Shown here in pieces: positions 19,958-29,905 of a stretch of DNA of 64,000 nt (positions are counted from its first letter, which is position 1; every line of letters begins with the position of its first letter). This stretch comes from Candidatus Latescibacterota bacterium (GTDB lineage Bacteria; Latescibacterota; UBA2968): the NCBI GenBank assembly GCA_965208125.1, contig OZ242320.1, positions 4,224,001 to 4,288,000 of the forward strand, in the 5' to 3' direction. A program made the translations under genes and the position numbers. A model generated the notes under the pieces. The model was not told where the DNA came from. It ran no database searches and worked only from the letters and a program-made list of their open reading frames with translations.

Positions 19958-22063
19958 TCAATCTTTGATTAGCACGGTGTCCATCGCCGGAACCTGGACC
20001 GATCTGCCCGCCAGTTCTATGGACTCGGACACTGTGGTGAAGTTTGCAATGGCGATTACGTCACCCGTACGGGACCGGAAGCGATAGGCTCTGACCCCGT
20101 CCTGAGTTGTTTGCAGTCTCTCTACACCTTGGCCTATGCGGCGCGTTCCGGCACGTCCCTGGCGTATGACACATGCGTAGTCCCGGACGTTTTCTCCGCT
20201 TGATCCGGGACGCAGGAATACGCGGTCCTGTAGTAGATTCCTCCACCGCTCGGGTGTATTTCTCTCCGAGGCATCTTCATAGAAAAGCTGCTCGCCGCAC
20301 GTCTCGATCCCCAAACATCCCGCGATCTTGATCCAGGTCGAACCGGTTTCGATCACCCGTGCTCGTCCGCCGACGCCTCGTATGGTGCGACGACCGCCTT
20401 CGAAGGAGATCGGGACCCGGTTGCCGTTCAGGAAATCGTTCATGATATAGACGCCAAATCCCTCGTTCAGCGAGAGCGCGACATCCGCGACGGTCCAGTC
20501 TATTACGAACGAAGTTTCCCCGTCTTCGAGCGCGACGACGGCGATTGATTGTCGAATGCGGCCGTCCGCGTACTCGATTGCGCCCGTGGTTGTGAAGCCT
20601 TTCTCCGATGTGTGATCGGTGTGGAAGAGCGGTGTGGGATTCAGTCGCTCGCCGTTGACTTCGAAACGTCCTGTGAAGGCGTCCTGGTCCGATCCCAGCG
20701 TGTCCTCTCCGCCGGCTGGTACGACCATCCCCATCACGCTGTGCGCGAGGGATCGCCAGGCGAATGAGAACAGGCCCTGCTTGCTGCGGCGAACCTGCAG
20801 CCAGACATAGGGATAGGTCTCAGTTCCGACCTGCTCGCGTCTGAATTCCTCGACGGATATCGGCGAGACATCGGGTACGCCGGCAATCACGAGAGCGCCC
20901 AGCTGCCCCATGATGCCCGTTTCGAACTGAAAGTAGCGCCCCCCAGCCGCGTGAGGCATTCGGGCGTTGAATCGGCCGTCTTCTGCGTCCCGCATTGACC
21001 CGTCCAGATACACGAAGTTCTGCCACAGCATATGACCTGCAAATCGGTCGCCGAATTCCTCGAACATGACGGCGTGCTGGAAGTTGATGTCGGGTTCGTG
21101 GTAGGTCCAGTCCTGGCCGGATGGGTAGGCCGTAAATCCGTTATAGAGAAAGAAACGTCTCAGCACCTTCCAGGCGTCGTGGACGTGGTGCAGGTAGTGG
21201 GGGGGAGGTGTCTTGCCTGTCAGTGTAAAGGCGAGGCGCCCCATCATCAGGAGGACGCCACAGGCGAGGTACCCCGGATGGAAGGAGCCGTGGTTCTCCA
21301 CGGTGAGGTCGGGGTGGGACGTTTGCGTGCAGATCCAGTCTTTCAGCGACCTACCGTCAAAGAGTCGCGTATCGACTCGATCGAGGTCGGTGGTGAAGGT
21401 GTTGATGGCAAATAGCTTGCCCCGATAGAGCCATTCGTCCGCGTGGGGATGGTCGGGAAGGAGGCAATACGCCCAGGCGAGAAGATAGCTGTCCCACGCA
21501 TTTTCCTCCTCCTTTGTGTCGTGCCAGCGTCCGTCCGGGGGATCGACCCCGAGAAATCGGTCTGCTTCAAAGGCGAGCACGCGATGGACGGCTTCGAGCA
21601 CGTCCGGATCCAGTTCGTCTGCAACGTGGTTGGCTGCCATTGCGATGTCCGCGATCCAGAGGGACGATTCCCAGTCGTCGCCCCACTGGCCATTCCATTC
21701 GAGCGGCTCCGTTCTTCGCGATCCGCTCAGGTGATGTGCGCAGATCCAGCGGAGGCATCGGTTCAATCGGTCGAGCAGGACGGGTTTTTCGATTCCGGCG
21801 ACCGAGGGGTCGAAGAACGCGCTTTGATGGAGGGCGGCGTAGCCTCGAAGTTCATCGCCCAGGGATCGGATGATCATTTCGTTGATCGGTCCGCCCGGGG
21901 GTTGAAACGCGTTCTCATTGAGGGTTCCGAAGTAGCCGTGTTCCTCGTCTTCATCGACCCAGTACTTCTCGATGTAGGGCACGTGCCGGCACATCAGGTG
22001 AACGAGGTCGGCCTCGGACGGAAAAGTCGGCGCGCTCGTGTCGAGTGGGGGGTAGTCGATCAT
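19958..22063 (-). CDS. Hypothetical protein (helical N-domain plus beta C-domain, lyase-like)
   Basis: 701-aa ORF with protein-like composition; no family recognised with certainty. Confidence 0.7.
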   Translation of the reverse strand: MIDYPPLDTSAPTFPSEADLVHLMCRHVPYIEKYWVDEDEEHGYFGTLNENAFQPPGGPINEMIIRSLGDELRGYAALHQSAFFDPSVAGIEKPVLLDRLNRCLRWICAHHLSGSRRTEPLEWNGQWGDDWESSLWIADIAMAANHVADELDPDVLEAVHRVLAFEADRFLGVDPPDGRWHDTKEEENAWDSYLLAWAYCLLPDHPHADEWLYRGKLFAINTFTTDLDRVDTRLFDGRSLKDWICTQTSHPDLTVENHGSFHPGYLACGVLLMMGRLAFTLTGKTPPPHYLHHVHDAWKVLRRFFLYNGFTAYPSGQDWTYHEPDINFQHAVMFEEFGDRFAGHMLWQNFVYLDGSMRDAEDGRFNARMPHAAGGRYFQFETGIMGQLGALVIAGVPDVSPISVEEFRREQVGTETYPYVWLQVRRSKQGLFSFAWRSLAHSVMGMVVPAGGEDTLGSDQDAFTGRFEVNGERLNPTPLFHTDHTSEKGFTTTGAIEYADGRIRQSIAVVALEDGETSFVIDWTVADVALSLNEGFGVYIMNDFLNGNRVPISFEGGRRTIRGVGGRARVIETGSTWIKIAGCLGIETCGEQLFYEDASERNTPERWRNLLQDRVFLRPGSSGENVRDYACVIRQGRAGTRRIGQGVERLQTTQDGVRAYRFRSRTGDVIAIANFTTVSESIELAGRSVQVPAMDTVLIKD

Positions 22064-22299
22064 ACGGACGCTCCCGACTCTACGGTTTCGTGTGGTTCGT
22101 CGCAGCGAAAAACGACGAGTTTGCCGCTGTCGATGCGGTTTTTCACATCCCGCACAAATTCACGGGCGAGGTTGGTGTCGTAGAGTACTAGAGCACCCGG
22201 TGACTGTATGTGGGTTTGGAGGCGCTCCGATTTTTCACTCCAGGTCGATTGAAGTGTGTCGGATGCATCTCCTTCTGCGATAAGTATGACGAATGCCAT
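22060..22299 (-). CDS. Small hypothetical protein
   Basis: AGGA RBS; ATGA overlap with 19958..22063. Confidence 0.55.
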   Translation of the reverse strand: MAFVILIAEGDASDTLQSTWSEKSERLQTHIQSPGALVLYDTNLAREFVRDVKNRIDSGKLVVFRCDEPHETVESGASV

Positions 22300-22332
22300 G
22301 TGGTTTCTTCCTATTGTGTCCTCATAGAAGCG

Positions 22333-23175
22333 TCAGGTGAGGTAGTGCGAGGGTGTCCTGAATTCGTGAGATTTCTCGTATTCGCTCGAGGGATTCGCAT
22401 TCCGAACCTCCTCGGGTACGTCACCTTCCCACCAACTGGGTGGATCGGGAAATGAAAAGACGTCGTGCCAGGCAAGGAGTAGCGTTCGGCGTTCAGCCGT
22501 CTGGTTGGGCCACGCACCGTGGAGGACGCGCGCGTCTGCGATGACCAGATCTCCTGCGTTTAAGGGGATATCTACCGCATCGGGGTAGTCTGCGAACGCG
22601 GGATGCGACAGGTCGTTGATCGCCTGAATCTCTGATCCGTGAGCCCTGGGCAGGATATCGTGCAGTTCGTGGCGTTTCCGATGGCTGCCGGGGATCATGC
22701 GCAGGCATCCATTCTCGCGCGTGGTGTCCGTCAGGTAGTAGGACAAGAAGATGCGTATCGGCCAGGGAGTTGCGGCTTCGGGGCTCTGCCATTTCATGAA
22801 GTCCTGATGCCAGTAGAGGGGCGGACCATATCCTGGCTTGGACAGGATGATCACGGTGTCGTCCGATACGAGATTCTCGAGCCCAATTTGTCGGCAGGCT
22901 TTGAGTTGCGCAGGCTGATCGATGATCTCCTCGGCGATCGGGTCGGGAAACCGATTCTCGGCTGTCGGTCTTCCCTCTTGCCATCGGCGTTCCGTGCTGA
23001 CGAAGATATCGCTGCCCTGGTACCGGATTTTGTGGGGAACTGTCACGCGTTCGAAGATGCGGTCGGACCATGTCCTGAGCCTGTCCAGCAGATCCTTATC
23101 CATCACACCAGGTACGATGGTGTAGCCCAACTCGACCAACTCCCGCCGCTTTGCCAGCGCCTGCTCACTCGTCAT
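22333..23175 (-). CDS. PhyH-family dioxygenase
   Basis: GYTIV, WHQD, ENGCLRMIPGSH, LHGA. Confidence 0.92.
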   Translation of the reverse strand: MTSEQALAKRRELVELGYTIVPGVMDKDLLDRLRTWSDRIFERVTVPHKIRYQGSDIFVSTERRWQEGRPTAENRFPDPIAEEIIDQPAQLKACRQIGLENLVSDDTVIILSKPGYGPPLYWHQDFMKWQSPEAATPWPIRIFLSYYLTDTTRENGCLRMIPGSHRKRHELHDILPRAHGSEIQAINDLSHPAFADYPDAVDIPLNAGDLVIADARVLHGAWPNQTAERRTLLLAWHDVFSFPDPPSWWEGDVPEEVRNANPSSEYEKSHEFRTPSHYLT

Positions 23176-23202
23176 GTCTCAATCCTTTCGGTTATCAGGG
23201 GT

Positions 23203-23233
23203 ATTATACCTAATTATGCGAATCTGTGTTCAA
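23203..23233 (-). promoter_or_regulatory. Sigma70-like promoter
   Basis: TTGAAC-19 nt-TATAAT upstream of 23175. Confidence 0.45.
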
Positions 23234-23361
23234 AAAATACGTCGGTTGCATGATGGATCAAAAAATGGCAGCAGGCCCGTCAAAAGTCAGTTGGTAGCCA
23301 ACGCCATTGAGCGTATCTTCCGTACGAAATGAGCCGTCTTTAGCCATTGAGGAGGTCAACT

Positions 23362-25215
23362 ATGGAAGCGGATACAGAACTCCGCAAACAGCACCAGCGT
23401 GATGCGATCCTGCGAGATCGTATGCGGAAGGCATTTGATATGGCGTACGACACGGACGCTGCGCTGATTGTCCGCTGGAATCCGTTCTTTCCCCGTTTCA
23501 ACGGCCACACCGTCGCCCAGCAATCCCTGGACTACGCCATCCTCCTGCTTCTGTCCGACGACCGCACCTACGGGACGGACGATGCCGGTGAGGCCAACCG
23601 AATCATTCGCCGAATCCTGGACCACCAGGACCTGCGACCGAAGTCCGAGACCTTCGGCAATTTCTTCTGGATGACCCACTGGGACCGGGTCAAAGACAAA
23701 AACGCCGTCTCCTTCCTCACGATCGGGCTGGTCTTCACGTACGTCAACTTCCAGGACAAGCTGGAGGATGACACGAAGGCTGCGCTCGAGCGCGCCTTTC
23801 CAAACGTGTTGCTCGGCATCCGTGACCACAAAGTCCGATGGCAGTACACCAACATCTACTTTCTCAACCTCGGCGGCCTGGTCGGTCTTGCCCGCGTGCT
23901 GGACGATCCATCGATCCACGCCGAAGCGGTGGCCGACTTCAACACCTGGGTCGAAGGCACTTCGGAGGACGGCTTCCACGAATTCAACAGCCCGACGTAC
24001 ACACCCGTTACGCTCTCAGGTATGGAAGCGACGTGGGCTTACACGCCAGATGGCGAGTTCAAAGACAGACTGCGGCGCACCATGGATTTGATAACCTATC
24101 AGATGGCGCTCAATCTGATGCCCGGTGGATTTCTGGCGGGTGCTGCCGCAAGGGCTTACCAGGGAGATGTGCTGAACGGTTCAATCGGGGCTGCTTCGTA
24201 TGCCCACGTTAAATTCGGCACCCCTGCTCCGGCCGAGCCTGCGGTCCTGATACCGAGCCTGTTCGACTACGTGCCGCCGGAACCTGTTCGATCCCTGGCG
24301 AACGAGATGGCGGACGGAGCCGAGATACTCGATCGGGGAATCTCGCTGGGTAGCCGACGAACCCACGTCATTACGCAGGCTTATGGGCTGGCATCTCAGA
24401 GTTTACAATCTGTGGGCGGCCACTCGCCTCCGTCGTATATCCTGCTGGTCCGGAACAGCAAGACCCTGCGACCCAGTGTCCCGTTCCTTCCGGACGAATC
24501 CTTTACGCATCAGCCGTGCGCCACATTCCTGTCGCGTCAGAACGGCAGTCAGGTGGTCGGCAGACTGTACTACGATCTGCAGGAGGAGCAACGAAGTAAG
24601 TTTCTGGACGATCCTACGTTCATTTGTGAACCTCGCGTCCTGTTCGGACTGAGGGACCAAATCGAGTCCGTTCGCATCGGCAATGTGGATTGGGGCGGAA
24701 AACCCGTGAGCCTTTTGCCAGGACAATCCGTGGCTGTTTCCTATGGAGATATCTACCTGGGTGTTGTCGTCCTGCTCCTAGACTGCGACGGTCAAGCGAT
24801 TCGTGGTCGCGCGACGCTGGCCTATGGCGAAGACGGTGAACTGCGCCTGCGAGTCAGACTCCACGGGGGAGAGGACATGCAGCAGGAAGATAACCCGCTC
24901 GTCGCTCTGCTCTACGTCGAAGTTCAGGTTCCCAAGGAGAGACATCCGCTCGAGACATTTGCCGACCAGTTGTCGGGCTGGCAGCTTTCCGATCAGAGCG
25001 ACGGAGAGACGGTCTCTTTCTTGGCCGAGCACGAAGATGACGCAACCATCGCCTATCCCTACACAGAGGCGGATCCGGATCCGATGGGCGATGCTCTGCA
25101 CCTATCGCCCTGGCTCGCGCTCCAGCCGGGAGACTTTGTCAAGCTGGTGAACGGGGAGAAGCCTTTGCTTTTCGACTCTGCACAGCAAAACCGGCTTTTT
25201 CGAGAAAGTGTATGA
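23362..25215 (+). CDS. Hypothetical protein, heparinase II/III-like architecture
   Basis: GAGGAGG RBS; YTNI and EFNSPTY motifs, the latter echoing ENGSPTY in 62363..64000. Confidence 0.7.
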   Translation: MEADTELRKQHQRDAILRDRMRKAFDMAYDTDAALIVRWNPFFPRFNGHTVAQQSLDYAILLLLSDDRTYGTDDAGEANRIIRRILDHQDLRPKSETFGNFFWMTHWDRVKDKNAVSFLTIGLVFTYVNFQDKLEDDTKAALERAFPNVLLGIRDHKVRWQYTNIYFLNLGGLVGLARVLDDPSIHAEAVADFNTWVEGTSEDGFHEFNSPTYTPVTLSGMEATWAYTPDGEFKDRLRRTMDLITYQMALNLMPGGFLAGAAARAYQGDVLNGSIGAASYAHVKFGTPAPAEPAVLIPSLFDYVPPEPVRSLANEMADGAEILDRGISLGSRRTHVITQAYGLASQSLQSVGGHSPPSYILLVRNSKTLRPSVPFLPDESFTHQPCATFLSRQNGSQVVGRLYYDLQEEQRSKFLDDPTFICEPRVLFGLRDQIESVRIGNVDWGGKPVSLLPGQSVAVSYGDIYLGVVVLLLDCDGQAIRGRATLAYGEDGELRLRVRLHGGEDMQQEDNPLVALLYVEVQVPKERHPLETFADQLSGWQLSDQSDGETVSFLAEHEDDATIAYPYTEADPDPMGDALHLSPWLALQPGDFVKLVNGEKPLLFDSAQQNRLFRESV

Positions 25216-25309
25216 TTCGGTTGGCAGCTTTAATGTAGTTCTCTCGGCCGGATCAAAGCCCTTCGCCATGCGACCCAAAACTAAAGCATTGGGACTTACG
25301 GGCTTAAAG

Positions 25310-25345
25310 TTAATTTTTGAGGTCAGTAGCGTCTTCAGCAATCCA
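25310..25345 (-). pseudogene. 3' remnant of a PhyH-family gene
   Basis: WIAEDATDLKN* versus WIAEDAAALKE* ending 34350..35192; begins at the first base after the sulfatase stop. Confidence 0.85.
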
Positions 25346-26917
25346 CTAATGCGCCCCGATCACCACCAGGTCACGTGGTGGTAGCGGGAATTCCTGGAGC
25401 ATGACGCGGTGCATCATTTCCTTTATCAGTTGCTGACGCGTCTGCTGGTACGCCGGATCATGCACGACGTTGACCAATTCGTCGGGGTCCCTGGTGAGAT
25501 CAAAGAGTTCTTCCCCGTCATCGCGCCCCGGCGTGACCGAATAGCGGAACTCGCGGTTTCGCAGTGTCTCTTTCCAGGGGAACTTCATGATCCCTTCATG
25601 GAAGGGCGACTCGCACAGGCCGCCGAATGACTCGGAGAATGCCGCCAGCCGCCAGTCTGAAACCCGCTCTCCCTTGCACAGGGGCATCAGCGAACGGCCG
25701 GCACATAGCGGATGGCCATCGCCGACTCCACGCCGCGACAGGGGCCTCGGGTGCTGTGCCAGAAGTGTTTCGTGCATATCCAATATGGTCGGACAGATGT
25801 CCTCGTGCTGCACGATGAGGTCGCAAGTGCTGTCCTGCTTCAGGCCTGGTCCGGCTACAATCAGCGGGATGCGGATGACGGCGTCGTAGTGTCTGGCGGA
25901 TTTTCCGCCCAGATTGTGGTCCATGAGCATCTCGCCGTGGTCAGACACAAAGATGAAGTAGCTGTTCTCCATCCTGCCGACCTGTTCCAATCGCTCCAGG
26001 ATGCGGCCGATCTGTTCGTCGAGGTGGATAAAATCGGCAAAGTAGAGCTTGCGGTAATAGCGCCAGTTGGGGATCCTGTCAGGTCCATTCCAGTGGTCCG
26101 TGTCGTAACCGACAGGATCGGGGATGAGATCCTCGTTGACCCTCTCCAGAAATCGCTCCGGCGGATGGAATGGGGGATGGGGCTGTACATAGCTGATGTG
26201 GGTGTATAGAGGTTGATCGGCGGGCGTTTCATCGATGAAATTCAGGGCATGTTCCGTGATCCAGTTGGTCTGCGAGATCTCTTCGGGGAAGGGCAGGGGG
26301 TAGTAGCCTTCGGTTCGGGTTTTGTTCCCTCCGTCATCGCCTTTAGACCACGCCATTTTCTTCTTTGCCCGGCGCATCCTTTCGGTCAGGTTGACTTTCC
26401 GCTCGCCATACGAATCGTAATAAGGCAACTGAGAATTCCAGTTTGCCGGGGTTGCCATGATTGCATCATAGTGTTCGGGATGCTCTCTTTCGATCCAGTC
26501 ATGCCACTCGCCGGTCCGGTTGTCCTCGGTGTTGTGGACAACATCCCAGCCGTACTCCCGGTAGTCCGGGTATGGGTAGTATTCAGAGTCAAAGGGATAG
26601 AAGTGGATCTTGCCGAACGCGCCGGTTCGCCATCCAGCCATCTGCAATGTCTTCATGAAGGTGGGGATGTCGGGATTGAGCCGGTAGCCATTGGAGAGCA
26701 GGCCGTGGCCGCGGCTGGTGAGTCCCGTGGCAATGCCCGCCCGGGCCGGGCAGCAGACCGGGTTGTTGGAAAACGCATTGGTGAAGGTTACGCCCATGCT
26801 CTGGAGGCGTTTCAGGTTGGGCAGGTCGCAGATGCCGTTCATAGCCGCTTCCAGCCACTTGGCCCCCATCTGATCGACCATGAGGAAGATGACGTTGGGT
26901 TTGTTCTTTGAGTTCAT
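25346..26917 (-). CDS. Sulfatase (choline-sulfatase-like)
   Basis: PNVIFLMVDQ, CCPAR, GKIH, SDHG. Confidence 0.93.
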   Translation of the reverse strand: MNSKNKPNVIFLMVDQMGAKWLEAAMNGICDLPNLKRLQSMGVTFTNAFSNNPVCCPARAGIATGLTSRGHGLLSNGYRLNPDIPTFMKTLQMAGWRTGAFGKIHFYPFDSEYYPYPDYREYGWDVVHNTEDNRTGEWHDWIEREHPEHYDAIMATPANWNSQLPYYDSYGERKVNLTERMRRAKKKMAWSKGDDGGNKTRTEGYYPLPFPEEISQTNWITEHALNFIDETPADQPLYTHISYVQPHPPFHPPERFLERVNEDLIPDPVGYDTDHWNGPDRIPNWRYYRKLYFADFIHLDEQIGRILERLEQVGRMENSYFIFVSDHGEMLMDHNLGGKSARHYDAVIRIPLIVAGPGLKQDSTCDLIVQHEDICPTILDMHETLLAQHPRPLSRRGVGDGHPLCAGRSLMPLCKGERVSDWRLAAFSESFGGLCESPFHEGIMKFPWKETLRNREFRYSVTPGRDDGEELFDLTRDPDELVNVVHDPAYQQTRQQLIKEMMHRVMLQEFPLPPRDLVVIGAH

Positions 26918-26945
26918 CGATAAATCTCTTTTTTGTAAAATTTTT

Positions 26946-28580
26946 TTAGTGAATACCAAACCAGAACAGATCACGCGGAGACACAGGATAATCCTGACGG
27001 ATAATCTGTTCCATCAGGCGATCTTTCATCTCCCGGCGTAAAGCGGCATGCTCCGGATCATTGACAAGATTCTTCTGCTCGTCCGGATCCGACTCGAGAT
27101 CGAAAAGCTGCTCGCCGTGTCCATTGGGGTAAAACGTGTATCGGTATCTGGATGTGCGTACGGTGCGCGCCCAGGCTCCCAGAGTCCCTGGACCGAAGCA
27201 TGGAAAAGATTCAACATACGCCTCCTCCCGCCAATCGTCCGGCATCTCTCCACGGCAAAGCTCGACCAATGACCTTCCTGAAATCGCTGGCGCACTGTCA
27301 TCCAGGCGGCCACCAAAATGGCGAAAGCGCAGGTGAGGCAGGGGCACGCCGGTCATGTTGAGAATAGTGGGACAGACGTCTTCCAGTTGCACGATTTCCT
27401 GGCATATGGCGTTCTTCTGCAGGCCGGGACCCACAATGATTAGTGGCACCCGAATACCGCCATCGTAGTGGCGCTCCTGTTTTTGCCAGAAGCCGTGATC
27501 ACCGAGAAATTCACCGTGATCAGACACAAAAATGATGTACGTGCTGTCAAGACGCCCGGTGTCTTGCAAAGCCTTCCTGACCCGACCCAGTTGTTCGTCC
27601 AGGTGGGTAATGTCGGCGAAGTAGCAATGACGCTCGTGGCTGAGATCCGGTATCACGGGGGGCTGTCCATCCGAACCGGATGTAACAGCTATATCTTTCA
27701 TCCAGGATGGTCGGTCGTCGCTCTCGCCGTGCAACACCCGCGCCACTTTCTGAAAGTATTCGGGCGCGTCAGCATCGTTGAGCCAATCCGCCGGGACAGG
27801 AGCAGGGATTTTCTCCGGGTTGACGCGATCCATGAATTCGCTTGGGGGACAAAACGGGCCGTGGGGTGCCACGTAGCTGATATGGGCAAAGAAAGACTGC
27901 TCCGAATGGGTGTCGCGGATGAAATCCAGTGCCCTTGCGGTTATCCACGATGACTGCGATACCTCCTCGGGAAACGGCAGCGTATAGGCCTTGGGAGAGT
28001 TCCTGGGCCATGCCTCAGTAGGGTGTGGATAACGCTCTTTAGCGGCGCGTATGGCCGGTCTCAGATCGACGCCGTCGGGACCGTATTCGGCGTAACCCGG
28101 AACAGCGGGCCAGGCCGTTGAAAGGGCCGCTTCATAATGTTCAGGATGCGCCTCTTTGACCCAGTCGAGCCACTCGCCGGCGCGGTCATCCTCAGTGCCG
28201 TGTACGACATCGAAACCATAGGGGTGGTAGTCGTGTACGAGGCTTTCGTGATGCGGCCTGAGGTGTAGCTTTCCGAAAGCGCCAGTCCGCCACCCTTCCT
28301 TTTGCAGCGCTTGCATAAAGGTTGGAATCTCAGGGTTGAGCGCGTACCCGTTCATGATCAAACCATGCGCTCTCGAACAAAGCCCGGTGGCAATCGTTGC
28401 CCGGGTAGGTGAGCATACCGGATTGCTGGAGAATGTCCGGGTAAAGGACGTGCCGTTTTCACGCAGCCAGTCCAGGTTCGGCAGGGCACAGATTCCTCTG
28501 TCCCGAGCCACTTCGAGCCACCTGGCCGACAACTGATCGACCATAAAAAGGATGACGTTGGATTTGTTTTGTGACTGCAT
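26946..28580 (-). CDS. Sulfatase, paralogue of 25346..26917
   Basis: FMVDQ, CSPTR, GKLH, SDHG. Confidence 0.93.
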   Translation of the reverse strand: MQSQNKSNVILFMVDQLSARWLEVARDRGICALPNLDWLRENGTSFTRTFSSNPVCSPTRATIATGLCSRAHGLIMNGYALNPEIPTFMQALQKEGWRTGAFGKLHLRPHHESLVHDYHPYGFDVVHGTEDDRAGEWLDWVKEAHPEHYEAALSTAWPAVPGYAEYGPDGVDLRPAIRAAKERYPHPTEAWPRNSPKAYTLPFPEEVSQSSWITARALDFIRDTHSEQSFFAHISYVAPHGPFCPPSEFMDRVNPEKIPAPVPADWLNDADAPEYFQKVARVLHGESDDRPSWMKDIAVTSGSDGQPPVIPDLSHERHCYFADITHLDEQLGRVRKALQDTGRLDSTYIIFVSDHGEFLGDHGFWQKQERHYDGGIRVPLIIVGPGLQKNAICQEIVQLEDVCPTILNMTGVPLPHLRFRHFGGRLDDSAPAISGRSLVELCRGEMPDDWREEAYVESFPCFGPGTLGAWARTVRTSRYRYTFYPNGHGEQLFDLESDPDEQKNLVNDPEHAALRREMKDRLMEQIIRQDYPVSPRDLFWFGIH

Positions 28581-28611
28581 AATGACCGCCCTAATGCGCT
28601 GTTTGAGCTTT

Positions 28612-29766
28612 TTAGTCGATAATCTTTGTTCCTACAGTCATTTTATTTATTGCATCCCAATTCCACTCTACGCCCATCCCGGGTCCATCTGGTACATCTA
28701 CATTACCATCTGCATCCACCGCTTCAAGCCCATCCTCATATCCTTCGAGAAAAATGTCAGAAGTCAGTTGCAAACATTCTGTATCGGGATGGACCCAAAC
28801 CATTTCATAATAATTCGAATTGCCTATGGCAGACATCACATGTCTTTGCGCTGGACCAACGCCGTGAATTTCAATATCTGCGCCTACCGTTTCAGCCGCT
28901 GACGCCAGTTTCTTCGTTCCCGTGATTCCATCTCCATTTACATTGCCCCTGATAAAATCTGTTGATCCGGACAACAGCATATTCATCTTTCCAGAGATGC
29001 CCGTAACTTTTTCCCCTTGAAGAAGTGGTGTATCGAGAAACTCTTTTAGTCTCTGGTGTCCGTTCTCAGTCGTGCCGTCCCCAACAAAATAAGGATCCTC
29101 TATCCAATAAAAACCGGCTTCATCGCAGGCTCTTCCAACCTTTAAAGCATCCGCAAATGTTGAATAATAGTTAAATGCATCCAGCATTAAATCCATCTTT
29201 CCTCCGACTCTATCGGCCACAGCGTGTATCAAGTTTATATGGTCTTGGATATCAGGTCTGGGAAATGGATGGATCTTAAATCCTTTATAACCGATTTCTA
29301 AGCATTGTTCAGCAAAATCAGCGTACGATTCTGGCGTGGATAAGCCCCCTTTTAATCCTTCTTCTCCTCCGTTCATCGTACTGGCATAAGCGGGCAATTT
29401 TTTTCTATATCCTCCCAATAACTCAGATACGGAGAGGTCCGTCATTTTTCCAAGGATATCCCATAATATGATGTCAACAGATGCGTGCAACCCACCCAGA
29501 TGAAACTTATTGAAATCTTGCCATATTTCTTCCCTTGCAAGCGGATTTCGTCCCAATAAGTCGTGAGCAATGCGAGAAATATCATGGCTAATCGGATAGG
29601 TTCCGACGACTCCACAATCAGTATAAATACTGGTCATGTGTTTACCCATTGAAAGATTCACGCCCGGGTTATAGGTCATCCACGAAGAATATGTGCCAGG
29701 TCCACAATCTTTGATTTGCCACTGAATCCTTTTTATTTCAATCTTTTTTATTTTAGGCGATTTCAT
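28612..29766 (-). CDS. Mandelate racemase/MLE family protein (AT-rich paralogue of 5093..6253)
   Basis: LPAYAST, FKIH, WIEDP, GPGMGVE; start MKSPKIKK after AGGAG. Confidence 0.9.
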   Translation of the reverse strand: MKSPKIKKIEIKRIQWQIKDCGPGTYSSWMTYNPGVNLSMGKHMTSIYTDCGVVGTYPISHDISRIAHDLLGRNPLAREEIWQDFNKFHLGGLHASVDIILWDILGKMTDLSVSELLGGYRKKLPAYASTMNGGEEGLKGGLSTPESYADFAEQCLEIGYKGFKIHPFPRPDIQDHINLIHAVADRVGGKMDLMLDAFNYYSTFADALKVGRACDEAGFYWIEDPYFVGDGTTENGHQRLKEFLDTPLLQGEKVTGISGKMNMLLSGSTDFIRGNVNGDGITGTKKLASAAETVGADIEIHGVGPAQRHVMSAIGNSNYYEMVWVHPDTECLQLTSDIFLEGYEDGLEAVDADGNVDVPDGPGMGVEWNWDAINKMTVGTKIID

Positions 29767-29905
29767 TTCTATCTCCTGGTCTGAAACTATCGCAGGAAAG
29801 ACGGTTAGCTTTAGCAGGTTTTTCAATCAACCTGCATAGGTAACGGTTAAACGTTGACAAATAACCTTATACTGAGTATGGACTTGACCCGTTTTGGTGA
29901 GTATC

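Noticed and set aside
25274-25306. Imperfect hairpin resembling an IS200/IS605 end
   Set aside because: Weak stem, single copy, no tnpA/tnpB; more simply a decayed terminator between convergent genes.
25102-25341. 79-aa minus-strand ORF
   Set aside because: Overlaps a plus-strand gene; the meaningful frame there is the WIAED remnant.
29854-29882. Plus-strand TTGACA promoter antisense to the AKR
   Set aside because: No good -10 at proper spacing and no plus-strand gene downstream.
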